From a virus (taxonomy: Duplodnaviria > Caudoviricetes), in IMG/VR virus record IMGVR_UViG_3300019703_000001, positions 21,079 to 85,078 of that record: a stretch of DNA of 64,000 bases; one strand, 5' to 3'. How positions within the stretch are numbered: position 1 is the first letter of the stretch; every line of letters begins with the position of its first letter. The notes beneath the pieces were generated by a model. The model ran no database searches, had not been told where the DNA came from, and saw nothing but the letters and a program-made list of their open reading frames with translations. The translations under genes were made by a program, and so were the position numbers. This document shows positions 19,280 to 29,022 of this stretch, in pieces.

Positions 19280-20812
19280 TTATACAATATTATAAATATT
19301 CTGTCTGGCTTGTTCAATTCCAATGTTTCGTATCTCAATTAATACATTCGGCCTATAGTAAATCGGAGCGACATAAAGATTGATTAAACCCTGTTCAAAT
19401 CGTCCGATTTTTGCCAAGTTTACATTGTGTATAGGAAGAAGCTGAGACATTGCCATACAGCGACTTTCTCCGGCTGTTGTCTGATCCACAATGAACATCC
19501 TTGCAGTGCCGGGTATATAGTCGTTTTTATCCTGATACGTTACAGCAGTTAAAGAGTTTGAACTGTTTGCCGGAACCGTATACAGATATTTAAAGTCCCC
19601 TGAGCCTGAAACTTTTTCTGAATAAATTTCAAAACAAGTAGGAAGCTTAGACCCTGCGTCAAGTTGATTTGGTGTGATGGTTAGGGTTATCGCCCCACCT
19701 GCTGCCACAGCCGCTGAGGATTCCACCGATACACTTGCAACAGAGCGACCATACTCGTTCATTGCCGCAACCCTGTAGTTGTATTTCACACCGGAGGGTC
19801 TTGTGGTTGACGCACTAAAATTAGATCCGGTAACGCCGGTATTATTAGCAAGGGTCACAGTAGGAATGCTCGGAGCCTTTTCGCTTGTAGCTCCCTCTTT
19901 ACTTGTTCCAGTGTTTCTGTCGTAGTATACCGGTACACCTCGGGCCTCATAACTCAGGCCAAGAAGCTTGTCAATTCTCGGAGTCATCGAACCAAAACTT
20001 GTCATGATTCTGCCGATGTTACCACCGATTGTCTGACCGGCTGCTCCCATAGTGGTGTTTTTACGTACCAATTGGCCTTCTGCGGACTGTTCGATGATGT
20101 TATGCAAGTTTGTCACAGCTGCGGGACTCATATAAACTCTACTGTTGTCAGGCTGTCCATTTCCTTCCATTATGAGCTGTGCCGATGTATTGAAAACGCT
20201 CATGGTCAAGTTTCCGCCTCTCAGGTCTCTTACCTGATCGGACGATTGACCGGCAATAGTGGCCTCAAGGCCGTCGAACGCTTTAGGGACCCATGCAGAA
20301 TTTGATCTATACATAGCCATGTCCACGTTACGCATAAGCCTCAGCATTGCGGCTTTTTGAGCAAATGCCTTTCGTTCGATAATAGATGCAACATTCATTT
20401 CTACATCTCCGACGGTCCAACCCTCTGACAGATACTTCATAATTACAATTTTCTTCTCAAAATCGGGGTCTCTGAATTCAGGATTCTCCATTTGATTAAC
20501 AAACCCTCCGTCACTTATGCCGGAACCGGTCTCTTGATCGAACTCATGCACAGAACTACTTGCGTTTGTTTTGTTGACATCCTGCCAAAAAGTAAAGTCA
20601 TTTGCATTTAGAGTCAGACTGGCAAGGGTATTCTCAAGACTTTGCTTGGCAATAACACCGCCTGCATCTTGATATAATGCGTTTACGGACTCAGGGGCCA
20701 AAAGAGCTTTTGAAAGTTCCTGAACTTGAGATAAAGACATTGAGTCTATACCATTTTGACTGTCAGACAGACCGCCTGTTCCTTGTAAAAGAGCCAAAAT
20801 TTCTTCATTCAT
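19280..20812 (-). CDS. Major capsid protein, SPO1/Twort-like
   Basis: KA...GVIAKQSLE..L..LT.N.NDF.FW.D parallels the phage K/SPO1 capsid N-terminus; Ig-like insertion (YNYRVAAMNEYG); ends with VLIEIRNI. Confidence 0.9.
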   Translation of the reverse strand: MNEEILALLQGTGGLSDSQNGIDSMSLSQVQELSKALLAPESVNALYQDAGGVIAKQSLENTLASLTLNANDFTFWQDVNKTNASSSVHEFDQETGSGISDGGFVNQMENPEFRDPDFEKKIVIMKYLSEGWTVGDVEMNVASIIERKAFAQKAAMLRLMRNVDMAMYRSNSAWVPKAFDGLEATIAGQSSDQVRDLRGGNLTMSVFNTSAQLIMEGNGQPDNSRVYMSPAAVTNLHNIIEQSAEGQLVRKNTTMGAAGQTIGGNIGRIMTSFGSMTPRIDKLLGLSYEARGVPVYYDRNTGTSKEGATSEKAPSIPTVTLANNTGVTGSNFSASTTRPSGVKYNYRVAAMNEYGRSVASVSVESSAAVAAGGAITLTITPNQLDAGSKLPTCFEIYSEKVSGSGDFKYLYTVPANSSNSLTAVTYQDKNDYIPGTARMFIVDQTTAGESRCMAMSQLLPIHNVNLAKIGRFEQGLINLYVAPIYYRPNVLIEIRNIGIEQARQNIYNIV

Positions 20813-21612
20813 TATTTGGCCTCCAGTTGTTCTATAATATTTGCTATTTTTTGTCGAGTATCTGGAGGTATTTTATTCACATCTTTACCTCTGGACTCAA
20901 AAACTACAACCATGTCATCAGCTCCGGGAATTCCTTGCTTTACAGCCTTCATCAAGGATGTAAGAACCTGCTTATTAGCTTCTGGGGTAATCGTCCCTTG
21001 TGGTGTTGCGGCCTTTTGTAGAGGGGCCTGCATTCCTGTTATGCCTTTCCTGCCGTTAGACTTAGACATGGCTTGATTAAGGTTCTGAAAAATTTCAGCT
21101 TGATCCGCTGTAACACTTGCGGCCTTTTGCATGAGGTCAAATGTTTTTTCGTTTTGACCTTTGACCATAGTAAGCTCCTCATTAATATTGACGATTGCCT
21201 TTACCATGCCTTCCAGTACCGGTGTTATTCCTGTAAAGGTCTCCATGAAGGGGGCAAGATTTTTTGTTTCAAGAAGATAGTCGCCATCTTCGTCAAAATC
21301 TTCAAGAGCTTTTTTCATGTCCTCTGAATAATCGCCCATTTCTTTCATCATTTTAGCACAGGCTTTCTTGTTTTCTTTCATATAACGCCGCATGTTTTTT
21401 TCCATATACTCCGGGTTATAATCGTCGTCCTTTCCTTCCTTATCCGGTTCGTCATCCCCTTCCGAAGCCTTGGCCTTAGAGAGGTCCAGCTCCTTTTTTA
21501 GAGCAAGAAGGGGATTTTCGGGCTCATTGTTCGCTTGAGCGTCTAAGGCTTGTGCTACTTTTTCCGCCTCTTCCGGAGAAAATCCTTTTTGTAACAGTTC
21601 TTCTTTTGTCAT
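20812..21612 (-). CDS. Capsid scaffolding protein
   Basis: Acidic and predicted helical; between protease and capsid; multiple [LM]xK|A/S sites. Confidence 0.75.
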   Translation of the reverse strand: MTKEELLQKGFSPEEAEKVAQALDAQANNEPENPLLALKKELDLSKAKASEGDDEPDKEGKDDDYNPEYMEKNMRRYMKENKKACAKMMKEMGDYSEDMKKALEDFDEDGDYLLETKNLAPFMETFTGITPVLEGMVKAIVNINEELTMVKGQNEKTFDLMQKAASVTADQAEIFQNLNQAMSKSNGRKGITGMQAPLQKAATPQGTITPEANKQVLTSLMKAVKQGIPGADDMVVVFESRGKDVNKIPPDTRQKIANIIEQLEAK

Positions 21613-21613
21613 G

Positions 21614-22492
21614 TTACATGCTCCTTTTATTGTTGTATTGTGTTATAAGGGAATAAATTTTATCCCCCGTACTACGCTTGTTTATTTTTTCAAACAGATT
21701 TAAGAATTGATCCTTATCTGTTGGAATTTCATTTTTATTTAGACGCATTAATGTTTCTATCAGTAACAATGTTTCATCTTCATTTAACGTTAATTTTGAA
21801 ACTGATTTCTCAAGGTCTTGTTTGGCAATTACACCGCTGGGGGATTCGTAAAGATCCGATACTGATTCAGGAGCAAGGAGAGCCTTGTGTAATGCCTCTT
21901 CTTTTTGCATAAGTGCCGGAGCGTTAGAAATAAATGTGTCCATGTTATCAAATTCAAGGCACAAATCGTTTGCCTTCCTTAATAGCTTTACATTTACGCC
22001 AGGCTCTCTGTTTATTACAGAGTTTCGGGGGGCAATAGCAAGGTGATCAAATTTTATTTGAGGGATAACTCGTTTTTTTTGTCCTTCGGGGCTTGCCACT
22101 TCAAGGACCATTTTGGACCCTCCGACACTTGCCGCATACAATGGGTTATTTGCCTCAAGGTGAGGTAACATCTCTTGTACTCGGGGATGGCTTTTTGTTA
22201 GCTCTGCGGTAACTATGGGTTTTCCGCCTTCCCACCGATAACTTACAGGCTTGCCCATCAGAGCTTGGTTTTTTTCTTCTTTTGTAAGTCGGGGATTTCT
22301 GGATTCATGCCAATATTCTATGACACCCACATCAATAAATTTTTTCATTGTGGGATCATCAAAGGCTTCTTTCAGGATTATTTCACCCTCTTCATCTTCT
22401 GTCAGATGATTGGCGACAATATCGACAAAAACAGTTTTGTCATTTGCTTTTTGTAGTGGTTTTATGTCCAATCCGTAAACGTGGAAAAGCAT
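21614..22492 (-). CDS. Prohead protease
   Basis: D.EGE, EYWH, ASVGG (catalytic Ser region) and HLAIAPRNSVIN motifs of the HK97/SPO1-type protease fold. Confidence 0.88.
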   Translation of the reverse strand: MLFHVYGLDIKPLQKANDKTVFVDIVANHLTEDEEGEIILKEAFDDPTMKKFIDVGVIEYWHESRNPRLTKEEKNQALMGKPVSYRWEGGKPIVTAELTKSHPRVQEMLPHLEANNPLYAASVGGSKMVLEVASPEGQKKRVIPQIKFDHLAIAPRNSVINREPGVNVKLLRKANDLCLEFDNMDTFISNAPALMQKEEALHKALLAPESVSDLYESPSGVIAKQDLEKSVSKLTLNEDETLLLIETLMRLNKNEIPTDKDQFLNLFEKINKRSTGDKIYSLITQYNNKRSM

Positions 22493-22576
22493 GTATTATT
22501 ACCTCAAATTTTTTAAACATGTTTTCCGTAGATAAGACGTGGATTATTTACATATTATTTTTTTTAAAAAATTATG

Positions 22577-22813
22577 TCAAGCTATATTTATAACTTTGTC
22601 ACAGCTGCGACATTTGGCTGTTATCGTTTGCCCATTCGGGGTATTTTTTATGTGTACATTGTAAACATTTATAAATAGATATTCAGTATCATTCTTTATA
22701 CAAATAGTTTTATTATATTTACAATGCGGACACTTGATTTCTATACCGTTTTCAATCTTTATTTTTTGGCTCAATTTTCTTCTTCCTTTTGATATTTTCT
22801 CCGGTCTGTTCAA
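22577..22813 (-). CDS. Zinc-ribbon protein
   Basis: CPHC ... KCRSC motifs. Confidence 0.6.
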   Translation of the reverse strand: MNRPEKISKGRRKLSQKIKIENGIEIKCPHCKYNKTICIKNDTEYLFINVYNVHIKNTPNGQTITAKCRSCDKVINIA

Positions 22814-23144
22814 TTGCCTGACCGGCTGGAGTTACTGTGTCTTTTCCTGACATTGCGTCAGCAAGCATTTCTGCTATTTTCTTGAAAATCCCTCTCAGTT
22901 GAGTTTTTTGTTTATCAGGGATTGTTTTCTTGTCTTTATCTTTAGAGTCTTTGGTTTTTTCGGGCTTTTTGTCTTTTGATTCAGTTACGGGAACCCATTT
23001 CCCTTCGGCGACTTTCTTCCTTTTAATACCGTCTTTACCGGTTCTGACTTCTCCGATCCCTGCCCTTTTGCCCTTTTGCATGTCGTCAAGTTTCAAAAAG
23101 ATTGTTCGTCCATCTTCTTCTTTGTATAGTTTTAATAATTGCAT
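22752..23144 (-). CDS. Putative head-packaged basic protein
   Basis: MQK|G followed by AGIGEVRTGKDG...KKVAEGKW motif; Lys-rich. Confidence 0.55.
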   Translation of the reverse strand: MQLLKLYKEEDGRTIFLKLDDMQKGKRAGIGEVRTGKDGIKRKKVAEGKWVPVTESKDKKPEKTKDSKDKDKKTIPDKQKTQLRGIFKKIAEMLADAMSGKDTVTPAGQAIEQTGENIKRKKKIEPKNKD

Positions 23145-23248
23145 TTACAATGCCTCATTTTTCGTTATATAAACATAAATAAGAACAAAGGTTTATTTTT
23201 GTCAAGGATAAAAAAAAATGATTTTTTTTAAAAAAAGTGAGAAAAGAC

Positions 23249-23277
23249 TTGACAAAGATAAGACAAGTTGTTATATT
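23249..23277 (+). promoter_or_regulatory. Sigma70-like promoter of cassette A with (AYAAG)2 motif in the spacer
   Basis: TTGACA-17-TATATT; spacer aagATAAGACAAGttgt. Confidence 0.85.
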
Positions 23278-23323
23278 GTATGTATAAATAAGGCGGCGGC
23301 CATAAAACGCAAGGAGAACAATT

Positions 23324-23557
23324 ATGGAAAAAAGAATAACAAAAAAAAAGATTTCACTTGGTGTTGTAGTGGAAAGAAAAGGTTTTAGTGATTACTATTA
23401 CAGTTATTGTCATGAGGGAACTTGGATGTATGCGGACAGTTTCGGCGGCCCTGTAGTTTGTATTTCTAATGCGGTTTTCCCCGGCATAGAAAATGATAAA
23501 GTATGGTGTAAAAACGACTTTGTAAATGCAATACAAAAATATTTGTCTAAGTTTTAA
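23324..23557 (+). CDS. Hypothetical protein (cassette A gene 1)
   Basis: AAGGAG RBS; follows the promoter. Confidence 0.75.
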   Translation: MEKRITKKKISLGVVVERKGFSDYYYSYCHEGTWMYADSFGGPVVCISNAVFPGIENDKVWCKNDFVNAIQKYLSKF

Positions 23558-23631
23558 CCCCTACACTCGGCCCCTTCGGGGGCTTTATGTAAGCGTTAAA
23601 ATTAAATTAAAATTTCAGGAGAATGATTATG
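23552..23631 (+). repeat. Stem-loop cassette repeat, copy 1 (others at 28950-29031, 32212-32291, 33609-33680)
   Basis: TTTTAACCCCTACA-x-x-CGGCCCC-loop-GGGG-x-x-TT-x-TG-x-AAGCGTTAAAA...AGGAGAAT; copy 4 lacks the middle part. Confidence 0.9.
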
Positions 23632-24192
23632 AATATCAAAGTTGAACAAAAAGAAGAAAAACTACAAATCTACACCCCTTACAATAAAAATTTTGTATCT
23701 GACTTAAAACAGTCAGTTTCTACAGCAAAATGGTCAGGGTCCTGTTGGGAAGTTTCTATCGAAGCAAAAGAGCTCATTGACGGTCTATTAAAAGAACACT
23801 ATGGATATAATCCGGGACAACCTAAAGTCAAAATTGAGATTACTGCGAAAGAAGAAATTGAAGAAATGACAGGTTCCGTAAACTTTGCAGGGTGTCCGGT
23901 AGCATATGCAAGAGGTCGGGACACGGGGGCTAAAGTTTGTGACGGTATCATTAAAATGTCAGGGAATATCAGATCAGGAGGATCGGCCCGATATTATAAA
24001 ACAATTGTTGAAAAGGGAGCTACTTTTCGTCTTGAAACATATAAAAACATTATCGACGAAAAAACATATGATGAAAGCATATGGGATGTCAAGACATTAA
24101 GTGAGTCCATAGATAGGGAGGCCCTTCTTTCAGAAAAAGAACAGCTTTTAAAAAGGTTAAATGAAATTGAAAAACAGTTGCAAAGTAATTAG
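23629..24192 (+). CDS. HARP-like domain protein
   Basis: N-terminal TPYNKNFV.DLK....AKW....WEV pattern; C-terminal coiled coil. Start moved to the ATG behind AGGAGAATGATT. Confidence 0.55.
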   Translation: MNIKVEQKEEKLQIYTPYNKNFVSDLKQSVSTAKWSGSCWEVSIEAKELIDGLLKEHYGYNPGQPKVKIEITAKEEIEEMTGSVNFAGCPVAYARGRDTGAKVCDGIIKMSGNIRSGGSARYYKTIVEKGATFRLETYKNIIDEKTYDESIWDVKTLSESIDREALLSEKEQLLKRLNEIEKQLQSN

Positions 24193-24198
24193 TTTTTA

Positions 24199-24223
24199 AA
24201 GCCCCTTCGGGGGCCTTTACTTT
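24199..24223 (+). terminator. Intrinsic terminator
   Basis: GCCCC-TTCG-GGGGC followed by a T-rich tract. Confidence 0.7.
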
Positions 24224-24248
24224 TAAACCAATAAAGGAGAATAATTTT

Positions 24249-24452
24249 TTGAAAACATTTGAAATAAAATTTAAAACCGGTGTTGTCATTTTGTTTAAAG
24301 GGGCCTCTTTACTTTCGGCCCTCAAAGAGCTCGAAGGGCTAAAATGGACAATGGAGGATATTATAGAAGCAAAAGAGATAAATATTGACGACAGAATAAA
24401 TGAGCTCAAAAAAGAAATTGATAGACTGGAAAATGATAAAATAAATTTATAA
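24249..24452 (+). CDS. Hypothetical protein (TTG start)
   Basis: AAGGAGAATAAT RBS. Confidence 0.65.
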   Translation: MKTFEIKFKTGVVILFKGASLLSALKELEGLKWTMEDIIEAKEINIDDRINELKKEIDRLENDKINL

Positions 24453-24456
24453 TATT

Positions 24457-24486
24457 AAAGCCCCCTAAGCAGGGGCTTTGTTTTTT
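24457..24486. terminator. Bidirectional terminator
   Basis: AAAGCCCC-7-GGGGCTTT between convergent genes. Confidence 0.75.
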
Positions 24487-27400
24487 ATTATATATTTTTT
24501 CCCGCCTATTTTTACCACTCGGGCTTTGCCTTCTTTGTTTTCGCAAAAAAATGCTTTGAGCATACTGTCCCGTTCTTTTAAAAATTGTTCACACAATGGA
24601 TAAATTTCTTTCATAAAAGTTTGATGGTTTACATAAATTCCAAATTTATTTTGAGTTTCATATAAAACATTATCAGTTCCCTGCTTTATAGCATAATATT
24701 GCTCCATTGCTCTTGCAAAGGTTTCACATGTCCTTAAATAATAATTCTGAGAGCCTTCTTTGATCTCACTACTGAGTTTCAATCTGTTTCTAAAACTTGA
24801 AGCAATTTTATTTTCAATTGAACCATCTTTATCAGATGCATAATTATAGCCAGTTTTTTCTCCAAGGTACGAATCCATAAAGTGTGTAAATTCATGTGCA
24901 AAAGTAAACCCACGTCCTTCTATCCCGTCATCAGAAATAGCTATTGTTTTATACTTGGGAACGTAAAGCCCGACTGATTTAGAAGCATGCATTTTTTTCT
25001 TGCCTGCATACGAAACTTTAAGATTCGATTTTTTGGCCATCTCTTTTCTGTTTCCAAATACAGAATAAAGATCTTCTATCAATAAGCCTATTTTTGTAAC
25101 ATCCTGTTCATCTATTTCAGAACCATTTTGTCTTTTGACTTTAACTCCAAAAGATTCTATTAAATCATTTTTAGTCCCGCCTTCTCCATATGCAGTTTCT
25201 TTGCCTTTTTGATATGTATCTGATTCAATATCGAACTCTTTTTGTATCCTTAAATCATTTATTTTATAATTTAATTCTTTGAGCATTGTCTGGTAATTTT
25301 CAAAAAATTGCCTGTTTGCTTCTGTAGCTCCCTCAAGTTCTTTAATCGTAAATGGCTTTTTTGTAAAATCTTGAATCATAAACGCCTGAGAGAAAGACAT
25401 GAATTGAGATTTAGGTTGTACTTTTTTTTGTCGAAAAGCCTTTCTTTTAAATGGCGCATATGTCCACTTTTCCCCTTTTTCCTCGGTTTTCTTTTTTTGT
25501 TTATTATACCATTCCTCTTCTCTATCTTGATCCTGCTCATGCAATTCTTGCTGTTTTGCTCTATATAATTTACGATAATAATCCCATGTAGCAGCGAGTG
25601 TTTCGGCATTCATCAAATAATAATTTATTTTTTCAGTTTCCTTGTCGGTATCAAGCTCTCTTTTATCTCTTGCTAGTCCTTGTCTTTGAATGGGATACCT
25701 TTTTTCTGATATTATATATTGATTATTGTCTAATCTGACTATATCAAATTTCTGTTCCCTCCCCTTGTATCCAGCGAAAGCTGTAAGATCCATATCTGGA
25801 ATATATGATGGTCTTGGAACTTGCAATATTGTATCTTCATCTGAAAGATACACGTCTTTAGGGTGAACTTTTGAATAATCTGAAATATTAAAAGTTCGAG
25901 TCGTTTCACCGGATGGAAGTTCGGATCCTCCACCAAGTATTATTTTTTGTTTAAATGACTTGGGTTTGTAATTTGGATCGGGAATGTTCATTTTTTTCAC
26001 ATCTTCTTTCATTATATCAGGATAATCGGTTAGCACATTTGCAGGAATCACCTTACCATCTTTAATAGCTTTTTTTATTAAACGTTCATGTTCCTTTTTT
26101 AACTTGTTTTCACGAATAGATAATTTTCTTTTTAAAGATTTAGCTTCTTTTGAATTTTTGTTTTCTATTTCATTATATTGTTTTTGAATATAATCCCATG
26201 ATGGATTAGGTTTTAATTTATTATCTATTTTACCATCAATATAATCTTTTAAAACGGTTTTGTATTCTTTCAATTTTTTTTCAACCCATGATCCGTAACT
26301 CACCCCTCTTTTGTTTTCGCTTTTATCTTTTGCCGCCAACTCTTCAAATGTTTTAGTATAATGGTTAACCCAATCATTTAATTGTTTAATTATAGATTCA
26401 TCTCTAAAATTCATTGTTTTATTCTTAAATTCATCAAAAGTCATCCCCCAAGATTCTTTTTTGTCCCCCATTACCTCCATGCTTTTATCTGCTCTATTTT
26501 CAGGGGTTGAATCATTTAATATTTTAGTTGTCTTTTTGTCTTTTTTTATTCCTGCTGTAGTTTGCTGTTTTTCTTCAACTTTGGCCTCTTTTTTTACCTC
26601 TTCTTGCTTTCCATATAACCCATGTATAAGACGCATAACAGAAAGGTTGACCTTGCTATCCTTTTTGACGACAAGTTTCTTTTCCTTCTCTTTTTTAGGT
26701 TTTTTATCAATAGGTTTTTTGTCTTTTTTTTCTGTTTTTTGTTCAAAAAATTTAGTCCATTTTTCTTTATTTTTAAAATATTCAGACAAATGATTTTTCC
26801 AGCCGTCCCATGATAGGTTGAATTTTGAGTCAATTTTATTCTTTTTGTAATCGGCTTCAATTCGTCGCATTGCTTCACCACGACTTTTAAAAGAAAAAAT
26901 ATCCATTAAATTCTCTACCCAAGATGCGCCTTTTTTATCTGCTTTCTTGTCATCCGGATATGTATAATCATAACCTCCCCCCGGTTTAAGCGTTCTTTTT
27001 GTGTATTTATGCTGTTTCGCCTTCACTAAGAATTTATTCGGGGCTATTTTCAAAAGCCATTTCTTGTTGGATGTCATGTCCTGCGCCTCCTGAGCTTTTT
27101 GCAATTCGTTATTTAATCTCAATTGTTCAAAAAAATTATCAAATAATTCATTTAATCTTTTGCGGTCTGATCCTTGAGGATATAATATTTTACCGTGGGC
27201 CTCAAGAGTCTTTTTTGGTGTTACCAAATATGAGTTTTTTCTCTTTGCGGCTAACATTTTATCCGTTACATAAGCCTCAAAGGACCGGGCAAAGGTTTCG
27301 GCAATGTCACTAATGTCGGGATCTTTTTCCAAGGTACTCCTGACATCTTCATTATCTATCTGACTAATCTGACTGTTGAAATTCCTTTTACTCAAATCAG

Positions 27401-28082
27401 CAATGCGCCGGGCTAACCGCTTATATTCAGGCTCATTGTCCATGTCAATTGCCGTATGGGACAGCTCATCCCGCCCCATACCCGTAAGGGCATTGTCGAT
27501 AAAATGTGCCCATTCGTGGGCAAGTGAAGCCTTTCCCTGCTTAATTAAATTTATTGTCTTTTCATTTCTATCGTACCATTTTTCTTTATGACCATATCGA
27601 AAAGCAAGCTTACCATTGCCTGACACCTCCTGAATGGGCAGCTTTAAAATATCTGCAAGGTCTGACATCCCTGCAATTGTGCACTTTATATGGTAATCTA
27701 CTTCTTTAGGCCCCAAAGAGACATCATGGTCAATATTCCTGATCTTAAAATCACATTGTAATTTTTCTTTCATCTGTGGGATTGTTAAATTATCAAAACT
27801 CATTCCCCCTACACGCTCAAATTCAGGCTTTATTATTTCTTTTTTTTGCTTCTTTTTGTCATTATCATAGAAATAATTCCACTTGCCATTTGCGCCCCGG
27901 CTTCTCCGCTTATATTTTGTAAAAAAGGCTTTATTCATGGGAATTAAATTGTCATAATAATGGGGGTCTTTTTTTAGGTTTCTGAGGGCTATTCCTGCGG
28001 CAAGCATTCCGTTAGGGTTTCTTTCTAACTCTTTTTCTATGGCATCCCGTAAGAGCTGAGGGGTGAATGTATCAAATTTCAT
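24465..28082 (-). CDS. Large polyvalent protein with two HExxH + LPD1-like modules
   Basis: LAHEWAHFID...ETFARSFEAY...YPQG and FAHEFTHFMD...ETFARAMEQY. Start set at ATG 28082 behind AGGAG (track start is 28124). Confidence 0.8.
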   Translation of the reverse strand: MKFDTFTPQLLRDAIEKELERNPNGMLAAGIALRNLKKDPHYYDNLIPMNKAFFTKYKRRSRGANGKWNYFYDNDKKKQKKEIIKPEFERVGGMSFDNLTIPQMKEKLQCDFKIRNIDHDVSLGPKEVDYHIKCTIAGMSDLADILKLPIQEVSGNGKLAFRYGHKEKWYDRNEKTINLIKQGKASLAHEWAHFIDNALTGMGRDELSHTAIDMDNEPEYKRLARRIADLSKRNFNSQISQIDNEDVRSTLEKDPDISDIAETFARSFEAYVTDKMLAAKRKNSYLVTPKKTLEAHGKILYPQGSDRKRLNELFDNFFEQLRLNNELQKAQEAQDMTSNKKWLLKIAPNKFLVKAKQHKYTKRTLKPGGGYDYTYPDDKKADKKGASWVENLMDIFSFKSRGEAMRRIEADYKKNKIDSKFNLSWDGWKNHLSEYFKNKEKWTKFFEQKTEKKDKKPIDKKPKKEKEKKLVVKKDSKVNLSVMRLIHGLYGKQEEVKKEAKVEEKQQTTAGIKKDKKTTKILNDSTPENRADKSMEVMGDKKESWGMTFDEFKNKTMNFRDESIIKQLNDWVNHYTKTFEELAAKDKSENKRGVSYGSWVEKKLKEYKTVLKDYIDGKIDNKLKPNPSWDYIQKQYNEIENKNSKEAKSLKRKLSIRENKLKKEHERLIKKAIKDGKVIPANVLTDYPDIMKEDVKKMNIPDPNYKPKSFKQKIILGGGSELPSGETTRTFNISDYSKVHPKDVYLSDEDTILQVPRPSYIPDMDLTAFAGYKGREQKFDIVRLDNNQYIISEKRYPIQRQGLARDKRELDTDKETEKINYYLMNAETLAATWDYYRKLYRAKQQELHEQDQDREEEWYNKQKKKTEEKGEKWTYAPFKRKAFRQKKVQPKSQFMSFSQAFMIQDFTKKPFTIKELEGATEANRQFFENYQTMLKELNYKINDLRIQKEFDIESDTYQKGKETAYGEGGTKNDLIESFGVKVKRQNGSEIDEQDVTKIGLLIEDLYSVFGNRKEMAKKSNLKVSYAGKKKMHASKSVGLYVPKYKTIAISDDGIEGRGFTFAHEFTHFMDSYLGEKTGYNYASDKDGSIENKIASSFRNRLKLSSEIKEGSQNYYLRTCETFARAMEQYYAIKQGTDNVLYETQNKFGIYVNHQTFMKEIYPLCEQFLKERDSMLKAFFCENKEGKARVVKIGGKKYIIKNKAPA

Positions 28083-28152
28083 GTAGAGGCTCCTGATATG
28101 TATTTTTTTTATTCTGATACACATATTTTTTTTGTCAATAACAAATTTATTG

Positions 28153-28181
28153 TTGACAAGGATATGACAAGAATATATATT
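28153..28181 (+). promoter_or_regulatory. Sigma70-like promoter (cassette B)
   Basis: TTGACA-17-TATATT; spacer contains ATATGACAAG. Confidence 0.8.
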
Positions 28182-28209
28182 GTTTTTATATTAAACAAGG
28201 GGAAAAACT

Positions 28210-28662
28210 ATGCAAACATATTTTACTGACCTTAATGTAGTCTATTCATTTAAAAATTTGGACAACAAAAGACTTGCGGGGCAGCGCCGGGAATTATGCC
28301 AATTGGTTAATTATTTGCTATTACACCCGGATAGAACCGGCAGTTATGCAAATCACACAGTCGTCCGCATGTGGCGGGGATATGAGTCATATCTGGTAAA
28401 GGTTTATATGAAACAAATAATAACCGAATGGGAGAACAGGGGATATAATAATATCAAGATTTTAGAGTATTACAATGATTGCATTAAATTAGTCAAAAAC
28501 AAACCTGTAATTCGTCCTGAGTGGTTAGATGAAGAAATGATTACAATGTTCAAATCAAAACTCATTAGCAAGAATCCTGAATATTATCAAAAGTTATGGC
28601 CCGACGTTCCATCAGATATTGAGTTCATTTGGCCGGTTGCTGAATTAAGCAAAAAAAATTGA
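28210..28662 (+). CDS. denV: Pyrimidine-dimer DNA glycosylase / T4 endonuclease V family
   Basis: LDNKRL.GQRRE..Q, H..V.MWRGYE, EW..RGY and P.WL motifs. Confidence 0.8.
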   Translation: MQTYFTDLNVVYSFKNLDNKRLAGQRRELCQLVNYLLLHPDRTGSYANHTVVRMWRGYESYLVKVYMKQIITEWENRGYNNIKILEYYNDCIKLVKNKPVIRPEWLDEEMITMFKSKLISKNPEYYQKLWPDVPSDIEFIWPVAELSKKN

Positions 28663-28690
28663 TTTTTTTTAAAAAAAATAGAGAAAAGAC

Positions 28691-28719
28691 TTGACAATGG
28701 CAAGATAAGTTGTTATATT
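28691..28719 (+). promoter_or_regulatory. Sigma70-like promoter (cassette C)
   Basis: TTGACA-17-TATATT; spacer contains GCAAGATAAG. Confidence 0.85.
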
Positions 28720-28759
28720 GTTAGTATACTTAATAACAAAAACAAACAGGAGACTAATT

Positions 28760-28948
28760 ATGAACGCAAATTTAACTCAATCACAAAAATTCGTAAAAGA
28801 TCAACTAAGACATTCAGCCTCAATTGATGCTCCGATAGAATTTCATAGAAACGCCATGAAATGGAGTGAAAATTATTTAAGAGAAGTATCAAAAAAATTA
28901 GGCGGATTTTTTTATGTGAAAAAAGATAAAGCTTATTTTTCAATATAA
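28760..28948 (+). CDS. Hypothetical protein
   Basis: ATG 28760 behind CAGGAG. Confidence 0.7.
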   Translation: MNANLTQSQKFVKDQLRHSASIDAPIEFHRNAMKWSENYLREVSKKLGGFFYVKKDKAYFSI

Positions 28949-29022
28949 TTTTTAACCCCTACACACGGCCCCTTCCGGGGGCCTTATGTAAGCGTTAAAA
29001 ATTAATTTAAAATAAAAGGAGA

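Noticed and set aside
19550-19900. Ig/Fn3-like insertion in the major capsid protein as a novelty
   Set aside because: SPO1/Twort-like capsids carry an equivalent insertion domain.
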